DNA of 60,617 nt, taken from NCBI GenBank assembly GCA_945875865.1, contig CAMCMF010000004.1, positions 1-60,617 of the forward strand, written 5' to 3'. Origin of the DNA: Rhizobium sp. Q54 (GTDB lineage Bacteria; Pseudomonadota; Alphaproteobacteria; Rickettsiales; UBA1997). Shown here piece by piece: positions 20,477 to 29,467 of this stretch. The position numbers and the translations under genes are program-made. The notes under the pieces are model-generated. The model saw only the letters and a list, made by a program, of their open reading frames with translations, ran no database searches and was not told the origin of the DNA. How positions within the stretch are numbered: position 1 is the stretch's first letter; the number at the start of each line of letters is the position of its first letter.

Positions 20477-20716
20477 AAGGCGTGATATATACCGAAACTG
20501 ATTCAAGATACCGAGCTCAAAAATAAAGAGTCGGTATATGGGGTTCCCCACGACCGTGGGGCGCAGGCCATCCTGCGTAAAAATAAAATCAATATACCCA
20601 TTCGGCTTCTTGAAGTCGAATGGGTGTAAATAATATTTAGCTTTTGGCATTTAATATCTAAAAATAAAAACAATCAACCAATCCATTCAAAGACTTATGA
20701 CTTACGACTTACGACT
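20457..20716. repeat. 23-bp inverted repeat pair built from GACTTAC heptamers (20457-20479 / 20694-20716)
   Basis: AGTCGTAAGTCGTAAGTCATAAG vs CTTATGACTTACGACTTACGACT, exact reverse complements. Confidence 0.9.
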
Positions 20717-21482
20717 AAACATCAATTGGTTTGGCGCCATGACTCTCTTAAAAAAAGAGGTGGTGCGTTTTTTGAAAGTTTATCACCAAACTTTATTTTC
20801 GCCGGTGGTAAATATTATACTTTTTCTGGCAGTGTTCTCACTTTCGGTTGGAAATCACATTCAAGAAATAAACGGCGTTCCATTCCCGATTTTCGTAGCT
20901 TCGGGGCTGATCATGATGGCGGCGATGCAAAATGCTTTTGCCAATTCCTCCTCATCTTTTGTGATGGGAAAAGTTATGGGACATGTTATCGATTATCTAA
21001 TTCCTCCTCTCGGCGCTTTCGAACTTTTATTTGCTTTTACTATTGGGGCGATTCTGCGCGGTATTTGTGTAGCGCTGGTGTCTTTTGTGGTGATTTCATT
21101 TTTCGTAACTTTGCCAATTTATAATTTTTATTGGATGATTTTTTATATGATTTTTTCCTGCATGTTTCTTGGCTTGCTCGGAGTTTTATGTGGAGTTGTT
21201 TCAGAAACTTTTGATCATATGTCGGCCATGACCAGCTACGTCATCACGCCTCTCACCTTCTTGTCCGGCACCTTTTATTCCACAAATGCTTTGCCGGAAT
21301 TTTGGCGCAATGTTTCGCACTTCAATCCGTTTTTTTATATGTTGGATGGTTTTCGTTTTAGCCTCACCGGAGCACATGATGGAAATTTATTGACCGGTGT
21401 GATATATATTTTAATTCTGAATTTTATTCTTGCGGTCGCGCTTTATTTTATGATCAAGCGCGGCTACGGGATTAAGAATTAA
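20697..21482 (+). CDS. ABC-2 type transporter permease (YadH-like)
   Basis: KEVVRF, SGLIMM, ITPLTFLSGTFYS, NPFFYMLDGFR. Confidence 0.92.
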   Translation: MTYDLRLNINWFGAMTLLKKEVVRFLKVYHQTLFSPVVNIILFLAVFSLSVGNHIQEINGVPFPIFVASGLIMMAAMQNAFANSSSSFVMGKVMGHVIDYLIPPLGAFELLFAFTIGAILRGICVALVSFVVISFFVTLPIYNFYWMIFYMIFSCMFLGLLGVLCGVVSETFDHMSAMTSYVITPLTFLSGTFYSTNALPEFWRNVSHFNPFFYMLDGFRFSLTGAHDGNLLTGVIYILILNFILAVALYFMIKRGYGIKN

Positions 21483-21662
21483 ACCCAGATCCGTCATTAG
21501 AAATTTAACAGAATTTGGCTTGGCCGAGAAAATAAAGGGCGAAGCGGGATTTTTTAGGCGTAAGCTTATCACTTGATAAGTGCGCACTAAAAAATTCTGA
21601 TTCAACCGCGTATTTTCTCGGCCAAGCCAAATTATGTAAATTTCTAATGGCGGATCTGGGTT
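21482..21662. repeat. Family A element, copy A2
   Basis: Same termini and core as 1..181; abuts the permease stop codon TAA. Confidence 0.95.
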
Positions 21663-21691
21663 AAACCCTACTAAACACACACCACGAAACC

Positions 21692-22816
21692 ATGACCATC
21701 ACCTCACAAGAGAAGCTCTCTTGGCTGCGTCTTGCTAGAAGCGAGAATGTCGGCCGCTCAACTTTTTTCCGTTTAATTGAAATTTTTGGATCCCCCGCTA
21801 AAGCGCTCGAGCATTTGCACGAGCTTGCACAGCGCGGCGGAATTTCGCGTAAAATCAGAATTTTTTCGCAAGGCGAAGCGCAGCGCGAATTAACTTTAAG
21901 TGAAAAATTCGGCGCCGAAATTTTACTTTTTTGTGATGAAAATTATCCGCGACTTTTGCGCGCCATTCCAGATCCATCTCCAATCCTTACCATCAAAGGC
22001 GACGCTGAACTTTTTAAATCCGATTGCATCGCGATTGTGGGATCTAGAAACGCTTCATTTAATGGCATTTCCTTCGCTAAAAAAATCGCTCTCGAGCTTG
22101 GGCAATATTCCATCGTAACCGTTTCAGGCATGGCGCGAGGAATTGATACTGCAGTGCATGAAGCTTCAATTTTAAGCGGCACAATTGCGGTGATCGCCGG
22201 CGGCATCGACAATGTTTATCCTAGTGAAAATGATGCGCTCTACAAAGAGGTAATGCGTCGCGGATTGTTGATAAGCGAATCGCCATTTGGTGCGCCGCCG
22301 AAAGGTGGAAATTTTGTGCAGCGCAATCGTTTAATTTCTGGATTAGCGCTGGCAGTAATTGTCGTTGAGGCGGGAGTAAAATCCGGCAGTTTAATCACAG
22401 CAAGATTTGCCGCTGAGCAAGGTCGTGAAGTTTTCGCAGTGCCCGGCTCGCCTTTCGATCCAAGGTGTCAGGGTGCTAATCGCTTGATTAAAGATGGCTC
22501 TAATATGTTGGAATCGATCGATGATGTGATTAATGAATTGGCAAATATGAAAGCGCGTTTTGCTGATGTCGGATATCTGCGCGAGACTGATGGAGAGGAG
22601 TTTGAAGCGCCTTTGCAAAAAATACCATCCGATGCTGACATTGAAAAGATTCGTGAAGAAATTTTGGAAAAACTTAGTTTTGTTCCGACAGAAATTGAAG
22701 ATATTATTTCTAATCTGCGCTTGCCGGCAAGAGCTGTCAACATTGCTTTGGTGCAGCTTGAACTGGCAGAAAAAATTGTAATTAATCAGGGAAAAGTTTC
22801 GATAAAAACTAGCTAA
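21692..22816 (+). CDS. dprA: DNA-processing protein DprA
   Basis: AIVGSR, VSGMARGID, FVQRNRLISG, SGSLITA, GREVFAVPG. Confidence 0.96.
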   Translation: MTITSQEKLSWLRLARSENVGRSTFFRLIEIFGSPAKALEHLHELAQRGGISRKIRIFSQGEAQRELTLSEKFGAEILLFCDENYPRLLRAIPDPSPILTIKGDAELFKSDCIAIVGSRNASFNGISFAKKIALELGQYSIVTVSGMARGIDTAVHEASILSGTIAVIAGGIDNVYPSENDALYKEVMRRGLLISESPFGAPPKGGNFVQRNRLISGLALAVIVVEAGVKSGSLITARFAAEQGREVFAVPGSPFDPRCQGANRLIKDGSNMLESIDDVINELANMKARFADVGYLRETDGEEFEAPLQKIPSDADIEKIREEILEKLSFVPTEIEDIISNLRLPARAVNIALVQLELAEKIVINQGKVSIKTS

Positions 22817-23693
22817 TTTTTACACCCCATTTTTGTCCAAGATATTTTTCGATCGAATTTCTTTCTTCATTTTTTAGGGCGCGATCAAAAATTATTATTT
22901 CGCCGATATGGCCATTGAGAAAAAATGTTGCGGCGCTTTCATTGGATCCGGCTCCGATTCTGGTATTTCTATCGCCATTGACCCTAAAGGAATTTTCTGT
23001 TATTGAGCCAATGCTAGCACCAGCGCTGTAGGTGGTTACAGTGCTGCCATTGAAGGTGTAGCTCGTAACATAAGTTTTGTTGGTGGTCAATGGAATCGCT
23101 GTGTTAGTAGCTCCCCAATTCACTCCATTGCCTAGCCACATTTCAAAGTTGGGCGCTCCTGGATCTGCGTAAACAATATATCCGGCAGGTCCTCCTGTAG
23201 CACTTCTGGAAGAGAGAATCGCGCCGTAACTCGGTACCGCTAAAATTTTTGTTACAGCAAAAATTGTAAAATTGGCGGGATTTAAATCTGCGGTGTAAGC
23301 CTTTTCAAAATATTGATCGACGCCGTTAAATTTTATAGCAGGAAGACCATTAATACCATCTTTGCTGTAGGTTGGTCTCCTGCCTGCAGTCGCTTGCGGC
23401 ATATCCAATTTTGTAATTGCGGTGGGGTTTGTGTCGGCCCAATTGCTGACGGTAAAGCCATCTTCAGATTCCGCCTCCAAAATACTTTTTTCAGAAGTGG
23501 TTTCATACCACGCGACTAAATTTTTCATGCTAGGTACGGGGGCACTTTGAGTGATAGTTCTAGCAGTTGTAAGTCTCATCTGTGAAACCAAGCGACTAGC
23601 CTGCGTTACGCCAGCGACCAAAATTCCAATGATTAAAATTACGACGGAAAGTTCGATGAGCGAAAAAGCTGAAGCGGAATTAAATTTTCTCAT
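22809..23693 (-). CDS. Prepilin-type N-terminal domain + LamG/concanavalin-like domain protein
   Basis: AFSLIELSVVILIIGILVAGV; NGLPAIKFNG; GHIGEIIIFDRAL...YLGQKW. Confidence 0.85.
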   Translation of the reverse strand: MRKFNSASAFSLIELSVVILIIGILVAGVTQASRLVSQMRLTTARTITQSAPVPSMKNLVAWYETTSEKSILEAESEDGFTVSNWADTNPTAITKLDMPQATAGRRPTYSKDGINGLPAIKFNGVDQYFEKAYTADLNPANFTIFAVTKILAVPSYGAILSSRSATGGPAGYIVYADPGAPNFEMWLGNGVNWGATNTAIPLTTNKTYVTSYTFNGSTVTTYSAGASIGSITENSFRVNGDRNTRIGAGSNESAATFFLNGHIGEIIIFDRALKNEERNSIEKYLGQKWGVKIS

Positions 23694-23763
23694 TTTACAA
23701 AAGTTGATCTTAAAGATTGTCGCGTGTTTTATGGGGACTTCTCATTCCTAAATTTATTTTTTT

Positions 23764-25509
23764 ATGAAAAAATTTGATAAGTCAAAACTTCCTTCGCGTT
23801 ATGTTACGAACTCACACGGTTGCGAGGCGCGCAAGACGATGCTTTATAATATTAAAACTGATCTTTATCCAAAAGGTTTGACAGAAGATGATTTGCAAAA
23901 GCCGTTCGTTGGCGTGGTTACTGCGTGGAATGAAGCGGCTCCTTGCAATATCGCTTTGCAACGTCAAGCACAACCAGCGAAACTAGGTGTAAAAGAAGCG
24001 GGTGGGACTCCTAGAGAATTCACGACAATCACGGTTACTGACGGAATTGCTAATGGTCATCAAGGCATGAAATCTTCATTAGCTTCGCGTGAAGTTATCG
24101 CGGATTCAATTGAGCTAACAATGCGCGGACATTGCTACGATGCACTTGTCGGAATTGCTGGCTGCGATAAATCCTTGCCGGGAATGATGATGGCGATGGT
24201 GCGTTTGAATGTGCCTTCGGTCTTTATGTATGGCGGTTCGATCTTGCCGGGAAGATTTCAAGGAAAAGATGTGACCATCGTCGATGTCTTTGAAGGAGTA
24301 GGGATGAGAGATGCTGGAAAAATGACCGATGCTGATTTAACTATTTTATCGAAAGCCGCTTGTCCTAGTGCTGGCGCTTGTGGCGGACAGTTCACTGCCA
24401 ATACCATGGCCTGTGTTTCGGAAGCAATGGGTCTGGCATTGCCTGGATCATCAGGAGCTCCGGCACCTTATGAATCAAGGGATGAATATGCTTTTCATTC
24501 TGGACGCGCGGTAATGAATTTGCTCGAAAAAAACATTAAACCGCGCGACATCGTCACGCTAAAAGCTTTAGAAAATGCAGCGACAATTGTGGCTGCGACT
24601 GGCGGCTCAACCAACGCCGTTCTTCATTTGCCGGCGATTGCTCACGAATGCGGAATTGATTTTGATATGTTTGCTGTTGGCAAAATTTTCGCCAAAACTC
24701 CTTACCTTGCTGATATGAAACCGGGCGGAAAATATGTCGCCAAAGATTTATACGAAGCTGGTGGCGTGCAAATGATTTTAAAAATTTTATTAGATGCAGG
24801 ATTTATCCACGGCGATTGCTTGACGGTGACCGGAAAAACCATGGCGGAAAATTTAGTCGATATAAAATTTAACGAAAAACAAGACGTAGTTTACCGCCCC
24901 GAAAAACCACTTTCCAAAAGTGGCGGCGTAGTTGTTCTAAAAGGAAATTTAGCTCCTGACGGCGCCGTTGTGAAGGTCGCTGGCATGAAAGAAAATGAAT
25001 TAACTTTCACTGGAACGGCGCGTTGTTTTGATTCAGAAGAATTGTGCTTCAAAGCCGTTGAAGAGAAAAAATATCAAAAAGGTGATGTGTTAATCATCCG
25101 TTACGAAGGACCAAAAGGCGGGCCAGGAATGCGCGAAATGTTAGCAACAACTGCGGCGATTTACGGACAAGGAATGGGCAAAGATGTGGCGCTAATTACT
25201 GACGGCAGATTTTCTGGCGGCACTAGAGGTTTCTGCGTCGGTCACGTTTCTCCCGAAGCTGCCGAAGGTGGAATGATCGCACTTTTACGCGATGGTGATA
25301 AAATTATTCTCGATGCAATTGCCGGAAAAATTGACGTTGATTTAAGTGATGCAGAAATCGCTAAACGCAAAGCAGATTGGAAGATGCGAGAAAATGATTA
25401 TCAATCGGGCGCTTTATGGAAATATGCGCAAACAGTAGGTTCGGCAAGGTTCGGCGCCGTTACTCATCCAGGCGCAAAAAAGGAAAAAATTTCTTACGAT
25501 AAGATCTAA
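23764..25509 (+). CDS. ilvD: Dihydroxy-acid dehydratase
   Basis: [39 protein letters not shown]. Confidence 0.97.
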   Translation: MKKFDKSKLPSRYVTNSHGCEARKTMLYNIKTDLYPKGLTEDDLQKPFVGVVTAWNEAAPCNIALQRQAQPAKLGVKEAGGTPREFTTITVTDGIANGHQGMKSSLASREVIADSIELTMRGHCYDALVGIAGCDKSLPGMMMAMVRLNVPSVFMYGGSILPGRFQGKDVTIVDVFEGVGMRDAGKMTDADLTILSKAACPSAGACGGQFTANTMACVSEAMGLALPGSSGAPAPYESRDEYAFHSGRAVMNLLEKNIKPRDIVTLKALENAATIVAATGGSTNAVLHLPAIAHECGIDFDMFAVGKIFAKTPYLADMKPGGKYVAKDLYEAGGVQMILKILLDAGFIHGDCLTVTGKTMAENLVDIKFNEKQDVVYRPEKPLSKSGGVVVLKGNLAPDGAVVKVAGMKENELTFTGTARCFDSEELCFKAVEEKKYQKGDVLIIRYEGPKGGPGMREMLATTAAIYGQGMGKDVALITDGRFSGGTRGFCVGHVSPEAAEGGMIALLRDGDKIILDAIAGKIDVDLSDAEIAKRKADWKMRENDYQSGALWKYAQTVGSARFGAVTHPGAKKEKISYDKI

Positions 25510-25515
25510 TTCTTT

Positions 25516-26475
25516 TTAAGATAAAATTCTAAACACCAAACTCGCCGCTAGTTTTGCAGTGCGATTATCAACATCAAAAATTGGATTGGTTTCGGCGAAA
25601 TCTAGCGCAATTAATTTTTTGGAATTTGTGATCAAATCAAAACAGCTTTTGAAAATATGATCAGGTGTGATGCCGTTGGGAGAAGGAGCGCTAACGCCGG
25701 GAGAATAAGTGCTGGAAAAAACATCCATGCAAATTGTCAGATAAATGCAATCATTGTCAGCGATAAATTCTTCGATTTTTGACAGCAGCGCGTTTTTATT
25801 TTCGTAATTAAATTCATCGCCAAAAACATATTCTACATCGAGCTCATCGGCAATATCAAAAAGCAGTTTAGTGTTAGAAAATTTCTGAATTCCTAGTGCG
25901 AGATAATTGAATGATTGCCCAGCTTCATCGGCATCTTTTGCAATTTGCCAAAATCCCGTTCCCGAAGTAGCGCCGATATTTTTTTCAATCGGACGTAAAT
26001 CAAAATGCGCATCGAAATTTATGATGCCGATTTTTTGATTTTTGGTAAAATTTTTAATTCCTAAATAATGTCCGAAAGCAACTTCGTGACCACCTCCAAG
26101 CACGATAGGCAAGCATCTCGCCGCTAAAATTTTTTCGACATAAAATGCAAGTTGCTGTTGTGATTTTTCGAGATTGCAACCATCGCAAGTAATCTTGCCG
26201 CCGTGAAAAATTTTAGTATTTTCAAAATGTGCCGGAAAATTTGCTAGAGCTTTGGAGATAGACGTCGCGCCGTCCCTCGCGCCCTCTCTGCCACGATTTC
26301 TTTTTACGCCCTCATCAACTGCAAATTCTAAAAAGACGACTCCTTTTTCATTTTCACCAAGAGAAATTTTATCTTTTTCAAGATCGATATAATTCATCAC
26401 TTGATGCCAACGCAACATATCTGGTGCGGTTCCGTCGATTCTGCCGGAAAGAAGAATTGGTTTTTTGTAAGTCAT
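25516..26475 (-). CDS. hutG: Formimidoylglutamase (ureohydrolase family)
   Basis: GRIDG, DEGVKRNRGR, GGGHE, DAHFD, SPGVSAP. Confidence 0.92.
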   Translation of the reverse strand: MTYKKPILLSGRIDGTAPDMLRWHQVMNYIDLEKDKISLGENEKGVVFLEFAVDEGVKRNRGREGARDGATSISKALANFPAHFENTKIFHGGKITCDGCNLEKSQQQLAFYVEKILAARCLPIVLGGGHEVAFGHYLGIKNFTKNQKIGIINFDAHFDLRPIEKNIGATSGTGFWQIAKDADEAGQSFNYLALGIQKFSNTKLLFDIADELDVEYVFGDEFNYENKNALLSKIEEFIADNDCIYLTICMDVFSSTYSPGVSAPSPNGITPDHIFKSCFDLITNSKKLIALDFAETNPIFDVDNRTAKLAASLVFRILS

Positions 26476-26608
26476 TTTAATTTTTTAAATTTTGGCAAAA
26501 AATTGTCGGAACTAATTATTTTTTTCCCAGTTTTTTTTCCAATTCATTTCGCGCATTCTTTGCAATTTGACCACCTTTTTTTGCGGGGGATTTATTTTCA
26601 GAAGATAT

Positions 26609-26646
26609 GGGGCGCCTCTAAAAATTAGGATTTTTCGAGGTGTCCT
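26609..26646. repeat. Collapsed family B element
   Basis: B left end GGGCGCCTCTAAAAATTAGGATTTTTCGAGG joined directly to right tip TGTCCT. Confidence 0.8.
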
Positions 26647-26664
26647 AGATTTGGTTTTCTTAAA

Positions 26665-26747
26665 GTTGGGCCCCGTCATGCGATGGGGTGACAAACTTGA
26701 GTAAATAATTATCAACATTGTCACCCCGTCGCATGACGGGGTCCAAC
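26665..26747. repeat. Family E doublet (opposite arrangement to 4303)
   Basis: GTTGGGCCCCGTCATGCGATGGGGTGACAA ... TTGTCACCCCGTCGCATGACGGGGTCCAAC. Confidence 0.88.
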
Positions 26748-26803
26748 TTTTGCTAACCACATTTTGTGACCACCTCGCTTCCCTCCTTCTCTAGTCTGCC
26801 TTT

Positions 26804-26984
26804 AACCCAGATCCGTCATTAGAAATTTACATAATTCGCCTTAGCCAAGAAAATACGCGGTTGAATCAGAATTTTTTAGTGCGCACTTATCAAGTGATAA
26901 GCTTACGCCTAAAAAATCCCGCTTCGCCCTTTATTTTCTTGGCTAAGGCGAATTCTGTTAAATTTCTAATGACGGATCTGGGTT
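26804..26984. repeat. Family A element, copy A3 (reverse orientation)
   Basis: Reverse complement of A1 with symmetric substitutions. Confidence 0.95.
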
Positions 26985-26985
26985 T

Positions 26986-27165
26986 AACCCAGATCCGTCA
27001 TCAGAAATTCGTCTACTTTGCCTAAAACTTGAAACTGCGCGGTTGAAACAATGTTTTTAAATCCGCACTTACGCTGAGTAAGCTTACGTTTTAAAAACAT
27101 TGTTTCGCCCTTCATTTTCAAGCTTTAGCCAAACTATCCTGAATTTCTAATGACGGATCTGGGTT
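26986..27165. repeat. Family A divergent subtype, copy A4, tandem to A3
   Basis: Same termini and loop motifs, different stem sequences. Confidence 0.9.
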
Positions 27166-27377
27166 CAAGAGTTGACCAATAGCTTTTTGCCTTTTTGTAA
27201 TCCTCTTGTTCAGTCAGTGCTGCAACAATATCAATAACCGAAAAAAACCACTTTTAGGTTTTTTCGTCGAAGGATTTCCTGATTTTAAATTTTTCGAAAA
27301 TATATTCTTGTCGCGCTACGCGTCGACGGGTAGTGAGATTCGGTTTCATAAGTGGTGTGATTTATGGGTTGGTATTA

Positions 27378-27522
27378 AGGGCATCTCTAAAAATTGTCTT
27401 TTCCGGTAATTTTGAGTTTTAACAAATTTGCTCGAGAGCACGTATATCTAATACGCTTACCTTCTCGCAAATTTGTTAAAACTCAAAATTCCTCGAAAAA
27501 TCCTAATTTTTAGAGGCGCCCT
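27378..27522. repeat. Family B element overlapping fmt 3' end
   Basis: 145 bp, TA on both flanks (TTAA context). Confidence 0.95.
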
Positions 27523-28420
27523 TAAATCCCTTCAAAAACTCCTCAATCGACATCATTTTTTTCCCTTGGCGCTGTAGCATCTTCGGCCGGATTATTCCTT
27601 TTCCACATTGAATAAAAAACTTCTCATTCAAAATTTCTCCTGCGGTTTTTTCGCTGGAATTTTTATCGATAATTTCGGCAGAAAAGATTTTTATTTTTTC
27701 ATCATCCTGCATAAAAAAAGCTCCGAGTGATCCACTTAATCCACGAATTTGTTGATCGATTTCAGTCGCAGATTTTTTCCAATCAATTTCACATTCTGAT
27801 TTTTCTAACTTTTTTGCATAAGTGGTTAAATCGTTGTCCTGTTTGACTTCATGCAACTTTCCATTTTTAGCTTCTTTTAAAACTTTAACTAAAAGTTCAG
27901 CGCCAATTACAGAAAATTTTTTTTCTAATTCGCCGTAAGTTTCGCTGCCATTTAATAAAAAATTTTCTTGCGCCACGACATTTCCGCTATCCAAACCAGC
28001 ATCCATTTTAATTATACAAACCGCGGTTTCCTCATCTCCCGCCATAATTGTGCGCTGAATTGGAGCTGCACCGCGCCATCTTGGTAAAAAAGAAGGGTGA
28101 ATATTGAAGCAGCCAAATTTTGTGCCGTCTAAAATTTCTTGCGGCAAGATCAATCCATAAGCCACAACTACTGCGGCATCAGCTTGCAAATCGCAAAATT
28201 CTTTTTGCGCTGCAGAATTTTTTAAAGTTTTTGGCGTGATAATTTTGAGATTATTTTTTAGCGCTAATTGCTGAATTGGTGAATTTTGTAATTTATGTCC
28301 ACGTCCTGCGATTTGTGGCTCGCGACTGTAAACCGCAACAATCTCAAATTCCGGATCAGCGATTAATTTTTGCAAAGTTGGACAAGCAAATTCTGGCGTG
28401 CCCATAAGGATGATTTTCAT
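27503..28420 (-). CDS. fmt: Methionyl-tRNA formyltransferase
   Basis: MGTPEFA, VVAYG, NIHPSFLPRWRGAAPIQ, MDAGLDSG. Confidence 0.97.
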   Translation of the reverse strand: MKIILMGTPEFACPTLQKLIADPEFEIVAVYSREPQIAGRGHKLQNSPIQQLALKNNLKIITPKTLKNSAAQKEFCDLQADAAVVVAYGLILPQEILDGTKFGCFNIHPSFLPRWRGAAPIQRTIMAGDEETAVCIIKMDAGLDSGNVVAQENFLLNGSETYGELEKKFSVIGAELLVKVLKEAKNGKLHEVKQDNDLTTYAKKLEKSECEIDWKKSATEIDQQIRGLSGSLGAFFMQDDEKIKIFSAEIIDKNSSEKTAGEILNEKFFIQCGKGIIRPKMLQRQGKKMMSIEEFLKGFKGASKN

Positions 28421-28487
28421 GACAGTTAACAATTAAGAATTAGCAATTAACAATTGGCGTAGAATTTATTTACCACAAAACTTTCAA

Positions 28488-28988
28488 ATGAAATTAACAA
28501 TTTTTACTAAGAAAAAACTTTTTTTGCTGGGCATTTTTATTGCCGTTCTTGTCGCATTTTTTGATTTGCTGAGCAAGAGATTAATCTTCGCAATCCTAGA
28601 GCAACAAGGCTTAGAAAATCCTGTAATTAAAATATGCGATTTTTTTTCTTTTGTGTATGTGTGGAATCGCGGCGTAAGTTTTGGCATGTTTAACCATTTA
28701 GAAAATAGTCATATTATTTTTTCTGTGCTGCAAGGATCGATTGCGCTGATTTTAATTTTTTGGCTTTATCGCAATCAAGAAAAGCATTTTACTTATGCTC
28801 TCGGCTTGATAATTGGCGGCGCTTTAGGTAATGTAGTTGATCGTATAAAAAACGGTGCGGTTGCTGATTTTCTTGATTTTCACATCGCAACTTATCACTG
28901 GCCAGCTTTTAATTTAGCGGATTCTTGCGTTTTTATCGGCGTGATGATTTTACTTTTTGATGAAATCGTTTTTAGAAAAAAAATATGA
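28488..28988 (+). CDS. lspA: Lipoprotein signal peptidase
   Basis: NRGVSFG, GGALGNVVDR, VADF, FNLADS. Confidence 0.96.
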   Translation: MKLTIFTKKKLFLLGIFIAVLVAFFDLLSKRLIFAILEQQGLENPVIKICDFFSFVYVWNRGVSFGMFNHLENSHIIFSVLQGSIALILIFWLYRNQEKHFTYALGLIIGGALGNVVDRIKNGAVADFLDFHIATYHWPAFNLADSCVFIGVMILLFDEIVFRKKI

Positions 28989-29176
28989 AAATTTTTTTGA
29001 TTCTCGCGGCATTTTTTTGTTTATTTTCTTGCGCTAAAAAAAAGGATGATCCACTAATCATTCCCCCAAATTTTGCCGAAATGCCCGATCCCAATAATCC
29101 CGAAAAACTTTCACTACAGCAAAGCGAGGAAAATGTTTCTAAGCTTAAAGAGTTGCTATTGAAGAGCGAAGAATAA
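28985..29176 (+). CDS. Small lipoprotein, DUF3035-like
   Basis: Lipobox LFSC, PLIIPPNF..PDP; follows lspA as in other alphaproteobacteria. Confidence 0.75.
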   Translation: MKIFLILAAFFCLFSCAKKKDDPLIIPPNFAEMPDPNNPEKLSLQQSEENVSKLKELLLKSEE

Positions 29177-29177
29177 A

Positions 29178-29452
29178 CCTCCTTTGAAAAAGGAGATGGC
29201 TAATTGCGCAGCAATTAGTCGGAGGATTTGTTAAGGGCACCTCTAAAAATTGTCTTTTCCGGTAATTTTGAGTTTTAACAAATTTGCTCGAGAGCACGTA
29301 TATCTAACACGCTTGCCTTCTCGCAAATTTGTTAAAACTCAAAATTCCTCGAAAAATCCTAATTTTTAGAGGCGCCCTTAATTCAAATTCGAACTTTTTT
29401 AAACCCAGATCCGTCATCGCTAGCGCGATGCCACCCTCTTTTTCAAAGAGGG
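29178..29452. repeat. Composite: C1 + B (29234-29378) + A-terminus/C2 chimera
   Basis: CCTCCTTTGAAAAAGGAG...GGAGGATTT, full B copy, AACCCAGATCCGTCATCGC...CCCTCTTTTTCAAAGAGGG. Confidence 0.9.
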
Positions 29453-29467
29453 CTAAATAGAAAAATT

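Larger units (their letters stand above)
26472..27349 (-). pseudogene. Fragmented Bro-N domain (phage antirepressor-like) gene
   Basis: Manual translation: IRKSFDEKT*KWFFSVIDIVAALTEQEDYKKAKSYWSTL / KGRLEKEGSEVVTKC / ENKSPAKKGGQIAKNARNELE / KTGKKIISSDNFL; stops, one frameshift, central deletion, four repeat insertions. Confidence 0.8.

Noticed and set aside
20477-20650. N-terminal extension of pheS in the ORF track (similarly maeB to 51091, kdsD to 38035, amidase from 51021)
   Set aside because: Not homologous, overlaps hairpins or divergent genes; downstream ATGs give typical lengths
26609-27522. Clustered repeats as a CRISPR array
   Set aside because: Long palindromes of different families, no regular repeat-spacer period, no cas genes
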